The notes under the pieces are model-generated. The model searched no databases. It was given only the letters and a program-made list of their open reading frames with translations, and was not told the origin of the DNA. DNA of 64,000 nucleotides from a bacterium (GTDB lineage: Bacteria > Sysuimicrobiota > Sysuimicrobiia > Sysuimicrobiales > Kaftiobacteriaceae). A program made the translations under genes and the position numbers. Shown one piece after another: positions 46,906 through 55,460 of this stretch (position 1 is the first letter of the stretch; each line of letters begins with the position of its first letter). Where the stretch lies: assembly GCA_036004445.1 (NCBI GenBank), contig DASYRL010000067.1, positions 1,499 to 65,498 of the forward strand, given 5' to 3'.

Positions 46906-48096
46906 GTGAAGCAGCCCTGGCTGACACGAGGCGTTCTTGCCATTGGCCTTGCCAGCCTGTTCAGCGACCTCGGCCATGAAGCGGCGACGGCGATCTTGCC
47001 GCTGTTCCTCGTCTCCATCGGGGGGTCGCCGTTCGCGCTCGGTCTCATCGAGGGCATCGCCGAGTCGGCCAAGAGCATCGCAAAGCTCGCCGGCGGGTAC
47101 GTCGGCGGCCGGGTCGAGCGTCGCAAGTATCTCGCATCGAGCGGTTACGTGGTCACCGCGTTGGGGATCGGCTCCTTTGCGCTGGCCACGGGATGGCTGC
47201 AGGTGCTGGCCGGCAGAACCGTCGCGTGGATCGGCCGGGGGTTTCGGGAGCCCATCCGCGACGGCCTGCTCGCCGACCAGACACGGCCGGCGCAGTACGG
47301 CACCGCGTTCGGGTTCGAGCGCGCGATGGACACCGCCGGCGCCATCCTGGGGCCGCTTGCCGCGCTGGGGCTGCTGGCGCTCGCCACCCCGCTGCGAACG
47401 ATCCTGGCGCTGACGATCGTCCCCGGGACCGCCGCAGGGTTGTTCATCCTCCTCGTTCGCGAAAAACGCACCGGCCGCCGCCTGACATCGTTTTGGACGC
47501 AGGCCGTCGCGCTGCCGAGAGAGTTCCGCCGGTTCTTGGTCGTCGTCGGGATCTTCGGTCTGGGAGACTTCTCGCGGACACTGCTGATCCTCTGGGCGCT
47601 GGGGCTGGGCGTGCAAATCTCTGGCAGCGGTCAGATGACCTTGCCCATCGCCTTATACGTGGGCTACAACGTGGTCGGTTCGGTGAGCGCGTACGTCGCC
47701 GGCACCTGGAGCGATCGGATCGGTCGCCGGCGGATTCTCATCGGCGGCTACGCGGTCGCGGCGGTGGTCAGTGGGCTCATGGCTCTCGACGTCCGTCCGT
47801 TCCTCATTCTCGCGGCGGTCTTCGTTGGGTCAGGGATCTACATCGGCGTCGAGGAGGCGATCGAGAAGGCGGTCGCGGCGGATCTCCTGCCTGCCGATGG
47901 GCGGACGTTCGGCTTCGGGGTGCTCGCGACCGTCAACGGTGTAGGCGATTTTGTTGCGAGTGCCCTCGTGGGATTACTCTGGCAAACTGCGGGAGCACCG
48001 GTGGCGTTCGGGTCAGCCGCGGCGATTTCGTTGATCGGAACAGTTGCGCTTGCCCGGCTGAAGTTTCGTGCGCGCGATGGTACCGCATCGGCCTGA
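46906..48096 (+). CDS. MFS transporter
   Basis: 396 aa. About 12 predicted TM segments and a GRRRILIGG-type loop. GTG start. Confidence 0.8.
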   Translation: MKQPWLTRGVLAIGLASLFSDLGHEAATAILPLFLVSIGGSPFALGLIEGIAESAKSIAKLAGGYVGGRVERRKYLASSGYVVTALGIGSFALATGWLQVLAGRTVAWIGRGFREPIRDGLLADQTRPAQYGTAFGFERAMDTAGAILGPLAALGLLALATPLRTILALTIVPGTAAGLFILLVREKRTGRRLTSFWTQAVALPREFRRFLVVVGIFGLGDFSRTLLILWALGLGVQISGSGQMTLPIALYVGYNVVGSVSAYVAGTWSDRIGRRRILIGGYAVAAVVSGLMALDVRPFLILAAVFVGSGIYIGVEEAIEKAVAADLLPADGRTFGFGVLATVNGVGDFVASALVGLLWQTAGAPVAFGSAAAISLIGTVALARLKFRARDGTASA

Positions 48097-48237
48097 TCTG
48101 TCGCCGGCCGGCCCGCGTGCACGCAGGCCTCCTGGCCCGGTGCCTGGCACCGCTTGACAGCAGACCCGCTATCATGACAGCACACGGCGGAGCCCGTCAC
48201 TATGACTCATCTGGGTCAATTGTGCTACAATGGGCGC

Positions 48238-48488
48238 CAAGCGATGAGGGAGCGGGAGTATCCGCCGGAGTGGTCTGCGAGCGAGCCGGGGAGAGTGGGA
48301 GCCCGGCAGACAGACGGCGGCGAACATGGCTCTTGAGCCGCGTCCTGAACATGTCCGGAGGTAGGGGCGCCGGAGGGCCCACGTTACCGGGCCGCGTGAG
48401 GCGCGGGTAGCCGCGCAAAACCGGGTGGTACCGCGAGAGCGACCTCTCGCCCCAAGGGGGCGGGGGGCCGTTGCGTTTTGTGGGGGTG
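48238..48488 (+). promoter_or_regulatory. T-box leader, Met (AUG) specifier, upstream of metG
   Basis: T-box sequence AAAACCGGGTGGTACCGCG (48417-35). GGAGAGTGGGAGCCC distal Stem I region. GAACATGG specifier candidate (AUG 48326-28). Downstream CGCCCC-AAG-GGGGCG hairpin next to the start region. Possible -10 TACAAT at 48226-31. Confidence 0.75.
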
Positions 48489-50426
48489 ATGGGCGTGGCC
48501 GGCAAGACGTACTACATCACGACGCCGATCTACTACGTGAACGACGTGCCGCACATCGGGCACGCCTATACGACGATTGCCGCCGACGTGGCCGCGCGGT
48601 TCAAGCGGCTCGCGGGGTATGACGTCTTCTTCCTGACGGGGACCGACGAGCACGGCATCAACATCGAGCGGGCGGCGCGCGAGCACGGGATCAGCCCGCA
48701 GGAGTGGACGGACCGGATCGCCGGAGAGTTCCGGAACCTCTGGCAGGCCCTCAACATCTCGAACGACGACTTCATCCGCACGACCGAGCCGCGCCACGAG
48801 CGCGTCGCGGCCGCGATCTTCCGGAAACTGTTCGATCAGGGCGACATCTACCTCGGCACGTACGAGGGATGGTACTGTACGTCGTGCGAGTCATTCTATC
48901 TGGAATCGGAACTGGGTCCCGAGCAGACCTGCCCCGTGCACACGGGAAAGAAGGTCGAGTGGACGGCAGAGGAATCGTACCTGTTCCGCCTGTCCAAGTA
49001 TCAGGATTGGCTGCTGCAGTACATCGCCGCCCATCCGTCGTGCATCGAGCCGGAGACGCGGCGCAACGAGGTCCTGTCGTTCGTCCGGTCCGGACTGAAG
49101 GACCTGTCGGTCAGCCGCTCGACGTTTTCGTGGGGCGTTCCCGTTCCCTTCGATCCGCGTCACGTGATCTACGTGTGGATCGACGCGCTGACTAATTACA
49201 TCTCCGTGCTCGGGTACCCCGACGGTCCCGCGTTTCGGACGTTCTGGCCGGCCGACGTCCACCTGGTCGGCCAGGAAATCGTACGGTTTCACGCGGTCTA
49301 CTGGCCGATCATGCTGCATGCGGCCGGCATCCCGGTTCCGAAGCAGACGTTTGCCCACGGCTGGCTGACGTTCGGGGGCCAGCGGTTCAGCAAGACGCTG
49401 GGGATCGTGATCGATCCGGCGGCCCTCAGCCGCGAGGTGGCCACGGAATCGGGGGCCGATCTTGGCGTGGCGGTCGATGCGCTGCGGTACTTCCTCCTGC
49501 GGGAGATCCCGTTCGGAGCGTCGGGGGATTTCAACAAGCCGGCGCTGGTGCACCGCTTCAACGCGGACCTCGCCAACGACTACGGGAACCTGCTCAACCG
49601 CACCCTGCCCCAGGTGCAGCGCCATTTCGACGGCCTGGTGCCGGCTCCGGGTCCGGCCCGCGGCGGAGACGCCGTGCTCCAGCAGACCGCGCACGACGTG
49701 GCGCGCTCGCTCGAGCCGCTCATCGACCGGCTCGACTTCAGCCGGGCGCTGACTGAAATCTGGCGCCTGCTGGGCGTCGCCAACAAGTACCTCGATGAGG
49801 AGGCCCCGTGGACGGCGGTGAAGACCGACCGCGAGCGCGCCGGCACGGTGCTCTACAATACGCTGGAGGCGGTGCGGATCGCGACGATCCTGCTGTCCCC
49901 CTGGTTGCCAACGGCCACAGCCAAGGTCTGGGAGCAGCTGGGCATCACGATTCCGCTAGGTGATCAGCGGCTGACCGACGCGCAGGCATGGGCCGGACTG
50001 GTGCCCGGTACGGTCGTCCGGCCGGGCGTACCGGTCTTTCCCCGAATCGAACGAATCCGTGTCCGCTCAGGCGAGAAATCCACGACGGAGGGATCATCCG
50101 TGGCTGAGGCCATCAGTATCGACGCGTTCAGAAAGCTGGACATCAGAGTCGGCGAAGTGCTCGAGGCCACGCGGGTTCCCGGGACGGATAAACTCATCGA
50201 AGTCAAAGTCGACGTCGGCGAAGTGCGCACGATCATTACCGGGTTGATCCCTCACTACCAGCCCGAGGATCTCGTGGGAAGACGGATCATCGTCCTCACC
50301 AACCTCGAGCCCCGGCGAGTCCGAGGGGTGGATTCAAACGGCATGCTGCTGGCGGCGGAGTGGGGCGGAGAGATCGGCCTGCTGACCGTCGACAAAGACG
50401 CCCCCCGCGGGGCCAAGATAACCTAA
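48489..50426 (+). CDS. metG: methionine--tRNA ligase with C-terminal tRNA-binding (Trbp111-like) domain
   Basis: PIYYVNDVPHIGH (HIGH), KFSKTLG (KMSKS-like). The C-terminal LDIRVGEVLEATRVPGTDKLIEVKVDVG is an OB-fold. Confidence 0.9.
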   Translation: MGVAGKTYYITTPIYYVNDVPHIGHAYTTIAADVAARFKRLAGYDVFFLTGTDEHGINIERAAREHGISPQEWTDRIAGEFRNLWQALNISNDDFIRTTEPRHERVAAAIFRKLFDQGDIYLGTYEGWYCTSCESFYLESELGPEQTCPVHTGKKVEWTAEESYLFRLSKYQDWLLQYIAAHPSCIEPETRRNEVLSFVRSGLKDLSVSRSTFSWGVPVPFDPRHVIYVWIDALTNYISVLGYPDGPAFRTFWPADVHLVGQEIVRFHAVYWPIMLHAAGIPVPKQTFAHGWLTFGGQRFSKTLGIVIDPAALSREVATESGADLGVAVDALRYFLLREIPFGASGDFNKPALVHRFNADLANDYGNLLNRTLPQVQRHFDGLVPAPGPARGGDAVLQQTAHDVARSLEPLIDRLDFSRALTEIWRLLGVANKYLDEEAPWTAVKTDRERAGTVLYNTLEAVRIATILLSPWLPTATAKVWEQLGITIPLGDQRLTDAQAWAGLVPGTVVRPGVPVFPRIERIRVRSGEKSTTEGSSVAEAISIDAFRKLDIRVGEVLEATRVPGTDKLIEVKVDVGEVRTIITGLIPHYQPEDLVGRRIIVLTNLEPRRVRGVDSNGMLLAAEWGGEIGLLTVDKDAPRGAKIT

Positions 50427-50434
50427 GTCGGCGC

Positions 50435-50459
50435 GCGTTCCCCGTTTCCGCGTTTCCGG
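50435..50459 (-). repeat. tandem octamer (minus-sense CGGAAACG CGGAAACG GGGAACGC) between convergent genes
   Basis: The plus strand reads GCGTTCCC CGTTTCCG CGTTTCCG G. Confidence 0.8.
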
Positions 50460-50465
50460 ATATTG

Positions 50466-51422
50466 TTACCCGAGACGGCGGGCGAGGACGACTTCTTCCG
50501 CTCGCCGCTCGTACCCCTGAGAATCGGACAGCCCGGCGTCCAGATGCCAGCGGGCGGTCGCCTCCAGCCACTCGCGCAGCGGCGTCGATCGGAACCCGAG
50601 ATCGCGCTGGATGGCCGTAATGTCCGGTACGAACCGGTGCGCGAACTGTGGATGATACCAGGGCGCTTCCTTCTTCAGCGTGCGCGCCGGTACGGCGACG
50701 ACGGGATCCTTCTGGCCGAGGATCTCGGACAGCATCCTGACGTAGTCGTCCAGGCTCACGATCTCCTCCATCGCGACGTTGTACGACTTCCCATGCGCGT
50801 CCGGGTTGCCGGCCGCCAGCAGCATCGCCCGAGCGACGTCATCGCTGAACGCCTGGCGCCACAGCGCCGCGGGGTCCCGCTGAGGGACCAGCACGGGTTG
50901 TCCGTCGGCGACGCGCTGAATCCAGAACCAGCCGCGGGCCGAACCGTCGTCGGGACCCTGGACCACCGGCGGACGAATGATTGTCCATGGAAACGGGGCC
51001 CCGTGCACCGTCTGCTCGCAGGCGCGCTTGCCTTCCGCATACTCCATGTCTCCACGCAGGGTGAGGTCGGCTTCGTCTTCGGCCAACGGGCGGAAGCGCT
51101 CGCGCCGTTTGAAGTCGTAGACCGAGCCGGTGCTGGTCAAGACGTAGTGCCCGATGCGGTCGCGGAACGCGTCGATCGCGGCCGCGACGTCTTCGGGCTG
51201 GAACGCCACGTTGTCGATGACGGCATCGAAGGTGAGTGGCCGGAGCGTCTGCACAAACGTCCGGTGGTCGGTGCGATCTCCGCGCAGGCGCGCGACGCGG
51301 TCCCAGAACGGCGGCCGCCGGCGGCCCCGCGTGAAGACCGTCACGACGTCGCCGCGCTCAACGAGGCGTTCGACGAGGCGCTTCCCGAAGAACGATGTTC
51401 CGCCGATTACCAGAATGCGCAT
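50466..51422 (-). CDS. NAD-dependent epimerase/dehydratase family (SDR) protein
   Basis: 318 aa. MRILVIGGTSFFGKRLV Rossmann motif. Confidence 0.8.
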   Translation of the reverse strand: MRILVIGGTSFFGKRLVERLVERGDVVTVFTRGRRRPPFWDRVARLRGDRTDHRTFVQTLRPLTFDAVIDNVAFQPEDVAAAIDAFRDRIGHYVLTSTGSVYDFKRRERFRPLAEDEADLTLRGDMEYAEGKRACEQTVHGAPFPWTIIRPPVVQGPDDGSARGWFWIQRVADGQPVLVPQRDPAALWRQAFSDDVARAMLLAAGNPDAHGKSYNVAMEEIVSLDDYVRMLSEILGQKDPVVAVPARTLKKEAPWYHPQFAHRFVPDITAIQRDLGFRSTPLREWLEATARWHLDAGLSDSQGYERRAEEVVLARRLG

Positions 51423-51434
51423 CGTAGCGTCGAG

Positions 51435-51462
51435 TTCCCCAGTCCCGGGTCCCGGAGTCCCG
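51435..51462 (-). repeat. tandem GGGAC(T/C)-type repeat in a divergent intergenic region
   Basis: Minus sense reads GGGACTCC GGGACCC GGGACTGG GGAAC. It lies between the epimerase start and the tatD start. Confidence 0.75.
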
Positions 51463-51487
51463 TGTGCTAGACTTGTTTTCCGTGCAG

Positions 51488-52252
51488 ATGATCGATTCCC
51501 ACGTGCATCTCGATGACTCCGCGTTCGATGGTGACCGCGACGCCGTGATGCAGCGGGCGCGCGACGCCGGCGTCATCGCGATGGTCACCGCCGGCACGGA
51601 CCTCGCCAGCAGCCGGGCCGCCGTTGCCTTAGCGGACCGGTATCCCGGCGTCTTTGCCGCCGTGGCGGTCCATCCTCACGAGGCCGACGCGGTCGATGAG
51701 GACGTCCTGAGCCAGCTGCGCGCGCTGGCCGCCGAGCCCCACGTCGTGGCGATCGGAGAGACCGGACTGGATTTCGCCCGGCCGGATCCCTCGCGCGACG
51801 CACAGGAGGAGGTCTTCCGGCGGCACGTTCGCCTCAGCGCCGAGAGCGGGCTGCCACTGATCATCCACTGCCGCGATGCCTTCCCGGCCGCGTTGGCTAT
51901 ACTACAGGAGTGGACTGTTCCCGGAGTGGTGATGCACGCGTTTTCCGGCACCGCTGACATCGCGCAGCGCTGCGTCGATCGGGGCTATTTCATCTCCCTG
52001 GCCGGTCCGGTCACGTTTCGCAACGCGCGCGGTCCGGTCGACGTTGCCAGGATCGTCCCACTGACCGCGCTGCTGGTGGAAACCGACGCGCCCGTTCTGG
52101 CCCCGGTGCCGTTCCGCGGCCGCCGCAACGAGCCGGCGTATCTCCGATACACCGTGCGCCGTCTCGCCGAAGTCAAAGAGATACCGGACGACGAGCTGGC
52201 GGCCGCCACGGCCGACAACGCGCGCCGTGCGTTCCGGATCGGTGTGAGCTAG
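51488..52252 (+). CDS. tatD: TatD family metal-dependent hydrolase
   Basis: MIDSHVHLDD..., GETGLDF, HCRDA, ETDAP motifs. Start at ATG 51488 inside ORF 51464..52252. Confidence 0.85.
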   Translation: MIDSHVHLDDSAFDGDRDAVMQRARDAGVIAMVTAGTDLASSRAAVALADRYPGVFAAVAVHPHEADAVDEDVLSQLRALAAEPHVVAIGETGLDFARPDPSRDAQEEVFRRHVRLSAESGLPLIIHCRDAFPAALAILQEWTVPGVVMHAFSGTADIAQRCVDRGYFISLAGPVTFRNARGPVDVARIVPLTALLVETDAPVLAPVPFRGRRNEPAYLRYTVRRLAEVKEIPDDELAAATADNARRAFRIGVS

Positions 52253-53317
52253 ATGAAACGACTGCTGATTGCCACATTCCTGGTCCTGCTCGTCGCCGGC
52301 CCCGCCGCGCCGGTGCACGCCCAGCAGCAGAACTCCACCGCCGAAGAGATTCGCATCGGCCAGGAGGCGGCGCGCCAGCTTGAAGCGCAGTTCAAGGTCC
52401 TCACCGATGAGGCCACGGTTACCCGGTTGAGCCGGGTGGGCCGGGCCGTCGCGGCCGCCGCCGACCGCGACCTGCCGTACACGTTCAAAGCCGTTGAGAT
52501 CAAGGAACCCAACGCCGTCTCGTTGCCGGGCGGATTCGTGTACGTGACGAAGGGGATGCTGTCATTCGTTCGCTCCGACCACGAGCTCGCCGCGGTGCTG
52601 GCCCACGAGGTCGCCCACGCCGCACACGGCCATCAGATCGAGATGATGCGCCGCGCGACGAGGATCAACCTATGGACGTTCATCCTCATCCTGCTCACGC
52701 GCGACCCCAACATAGCGGTCGGCGCGCAGGCGATCGGGGAAGGGGTGCTCAGCGGCTATACGCGCGACCTCGAGCGCGACGCCGATCTGACGTCCATCGA
52801 GTACCTGGTGAAGACCACCTACACGCCGGTCGCCACCCTCACTCTGATGGAGCGGCTGCTGTGGGAGGAACGCCTCCGGCCGGAGGTCGATCTGGGTGCG
52901 TTTCGCGACCACCCCAAGACCAGAGAGCGGGTGGAGTACATCACGGCCGACCTGCGGCGGCGGGGGATTCCTCTCATCCGGCGGCCGGCCGCGAACTACC
53001 TCCGCATCGCGCTGCGGACGGCGACCGAGAACAATAAGCCCATCGGCGAGCTGCTGGTCAACGAAACGGTCGTGCTCCGGCTGCCCGACATCGACCGCTT
53101 GAGCACGATCGCTTCGCGCATGGACAAGTTCTTCAACACCGACCCCCTGGCGTTTGACGTGGCGGTGGCGCAGGCCGAAGGTGGGTGGGGGGTGTTTGGG
53201 CGCGCCCAGCTCCTGGTCGCCTTCGCCCCGGCGGAACAATCCGCCGCCATTGATCTGGCGGCCCGCCTGCGGTGGTTGATCGACCAGGACATCCGCAGCC
53301 GCAAGTTCACCGGCTAG
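52253..53317 (+). CDS. M48 family metalloprotease, secreted
   Basis: 354 aa. Signal peptide and HEVAHAAHGH (HExxH). Confidence 0.8.
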   Translation: MKRLLIATFLVLLVAGPAAPVHAQQQNSTAEEIRIGQEAARQLEAQFKVLTDEATVTRLSRVGRAVAAAADRDLPYTFKAVEIKEPNAVSLPGGFVYVTKGMLSFVRSDHELAAVLAHEVAHAAHGHQIEMMRRATRINLWTFILILLTRDPNIAVGAQAIGEGVLSGYTRDLERDADLTSIEYLVKTTYTPVATLTLMERLLWEERLRPEVDLGAFRDHPKTRERVEYITADLRRRGIPLIRRPAANYLRIALRTATENNKPIGELLVNETVVLRLPDIDRLSTIASRMDKFFNTDPLAFDVAVAQAEGGWGVFGRAQLLVAFAPAEQSAAIDLAARLRWLIDQDIRSRKFTG

Positions 53318-54076
53318 ATGCATTTGCACGTCGCCTTCGTGCCTCCGCTGGTCCAGGACTCCCCCCAGGTGTGCATCGTTGTCGATGTTATCCGCGCCAG
53401 CACGACGCTCGTCACGCTGCTCGACCGGGGCGCCGGGAAGGTCCTCATCGCCGGAGACGTCGCCTCCGCCCGGCAGTACGCGGCGCGCCATCCCGGTCTC
53501 GTGCTGGCCGGAGAGGAACTGGGCCTGGCGCCGCGCGGGTTTCAATACGGGAACTCACCGGTCGAGCTGTCACGCGCGGACGTAAGTGGGCGGACCGTGG
53601 TCTTCGTCACGACTAACGGTACGGCGGCGATCCACGCTGTGGACACCCGCGGCCCGGTGCTGGTCGGCGCCCTCCGCAACGCCGCGGCCGTCAGCCGGGA
53701 AGCGGCCCGCCTCGCCCGCGGCATCAACGCCGGGGTGACCATCGTCTGCGCCGGACGCGAAGGGGCGTTTGGCATTGACGACGCCTACACCGCGGGCTGC
53801 CTGATCGACCTGCTGCTGATGGAGGTCAGGCCAACGAGTCACGAGTCACGAGGCACGAGTCACGATGGACCTGAGCTGACCGATGCGGCACTGGCGGCGC
53901 TGCGGCTGTTCAGGTCCGATCCGGACACCACGGCGGTCTTCCGGATGTCGGCGGCGGGCCGGAACGTGATTGGACTGGGACTGGGCGACGACGTCACCTT
54001 CTGCGCAGAACGCGATCGGAGCACGGCGGTCCCCATGCTTGGCCGGGAGCTTCACACTCTCCCGCCCGAGCTCTAA
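53318..54076 (+). CDS. comB: 2-phosphosulfolactate phosphatase (ComB) family protein
   Basis: 252 aa. VVDVIRASTT and TTNGT motifs. Contains a repeat-encoded insert PTSHESRGTSHDG. Confidence 0.75.
   Translation: MHLHVAFVPPLVQDSPQVCIVVDVIRASTTLVTLLDRGAGKVLIAGDVASARQYAARHPGLVLAGEELGLAPRGFQYGNSPVELSRADVSGRTVVFVTTNGTAAIHAVDTRGPVLVGALRNAAAVSREAARLARGINAGVTIVCAGREGAFGIDDAYTAGCLIDLLLMEVRPTSHESRGTSHDGPELTDAALAALRLFRSDPDTTAVFRMSAAGRNVIGLGLGDDVTFCAERDRSTAVPMLGRELHTLPPEL
53836..53870 (+). repeat. tandem heptamer GAGTCAC x5 inside the comB-like coding sequence
   Basis: GAGTCAC GAGTCAC GAGGCAC GAGTCAC GATGGAC. Confidence 0.85.
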
Positions 54077-54155
54077 TCCCCCGCTTCCGGCAATGCGGGC
54101 ATGAAGGTATGATAGTTTCCTGACCTCGTTGGCGAGGAGCACAAGAATCCCTGAC

Positions 54156-55460
54156 ATGCGATCGAATAGGTGGATCGTCATCCTAGTCATTGCGGCAGTG
54201 CTGGCCGTGGGCGCGTTCGCCCTGCTGCGGCGCGGGCAGTCGGCGCAGGCCCCGGCACCGCCGCCGCAAGCTGCCGCCGCGCCGGCCCCGGCGGTCGAAG
54301 TCGCCGTGGTGCAGCGGGGCACCATCGAGCGGACGCTGGAGGTGACGGGGACGATTGTCTCCGCGCTGGAAGCCGAGGTGACCAGCAAGATTCCCGGTAA
54401 GGTCGCTGCCGTCCGCGTCAGCGAGGGGGCGCGCGTTGCCCGCGGGCGGGCCCTCGTCCAGCTGGACACCGCCGAGCTCTCCGCGCAGGTCGCGCAGGCG
54501 GAGCAGGGCGTCCACCAGGCCCAGGCCGCGTATGCCGTGGCGGCCGCGCGCCTCGCAGCCGTGCAGGCCGGACCGCGATCGCAGGAGCGGGCGCAGGCCA
54601 CCAACGCCGTCGCCCAGGCCGAAGCCAACCTGCGGAACGCGGAAAGCAACGTCGTGCGCATGCAGCAGCTGTATGAATCCGGTGCGGTCAGCCGCCAGCA
54701 ATTGGAGGCGGCCGTACTCCAGCGCGACGTGGCGCGATCTCAGCTGGACAGCGCCCGAGCGCAGGCCAGTCTCGTGAACGCCGGAGCGAGACCCGAGGAG
54801 ATTCAGATCGCGCGCGCTCAAGTGGCCCAGGCAGCCGCGGGCGTGTCCGCCGCCCGGGCACAGCTGACCCTGGCCCGGGTACAGCACGCCAACGCCACGG
54901 TGCGGGCGCCTTTTGGCGGCCGGGTCGCGCAGGTCCACGTGGCTGTCGGGGAGTTCGTCGGTCCCGGGCTGTCGGTGGTCACGCTGTACGACGACCGGCA
55001 GCTCGCGCTCGACGCGAAGATCGGGGAGCGCGATGTGGCGCAGGTGCGTTCCGGTGACGCGGTCGCCGTCCGCGCCGCCGTCGCTTCCGGCGTGGTGATG
55101 CACGGCGCGGTGCAGCGCGTGCAGTCGACCGCCGAGGCCGCCAGCCGGACCGCGCTCGTGCGCATCCGCTTGAGCAACCCGCCGGCGTCGCTGCTGCCGG
55201 GAACGTCGGCCCAGGCGACCCTGGTGCTGGAGCGGCGCGCGGGGGTCTTGTTGGTTCCCACGGTCGCGGTCCACCAGGACGGGACGGCGACCGTCTTCGT
55301 GGTCACTGACGGCGTGGCCCGCGCCAGGGCCGTCACCCTCGGTCTGCGCCAGGGCGATGTGATCGAAGTCCGCAGCGGACTGGCCGCCGGAGATCAGGTC
55401 ATCGTGCTCGGTCCGGAAACCATCACCGACGGCATGCGCGTGACCGTTACGGGACGCTGA
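54156..55460 (+). CDS. efflux RND transporter periplasmic adaptor (MFP/HlyD family)
   Basis: N-terminal TM, long Ala/Gln-rich coiled coil, beta-barrel C-terminus. Start is ATG 54156 or TTG 54129. Confidence 0.8.
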   Translation: MRSNRWIVILVIAAVLAVGAFALLRRGQSAQAPAPPPQAAAAPAPAVEVAVVQRGTIERTLEVTGTIVSALEAEVTSKIPGKVAAVRVSEGARVARGRALVQLDTAELSAQVAQAEQGVHQAQAAYAVAAARLAAVQAGPRSQERAQATNAVAQAEANLRNAESNVVRMQQLYESGAVSRQQLEAAVLQRDVARSQLDSARAQASLVNAGARPEEIQIARAQVAQAAAGVSAARAQLTLARVQHANATVRAPFGGRVAQVHVAVGEFVGPGLSVVTLYDDRQLALDAKIGERDVAQVRSGDAVAVRAAVASGVVMHGAVQRVQSTAEAASRTALVRIRLSNPPASLLPGTSAQATLVLERRAGVLLVPTVAVHQDGTATVFVVTDGVARARAVTLGLRQGDVIEVRSGLAAGDQVIVLGPETITDGMRVTVTGR

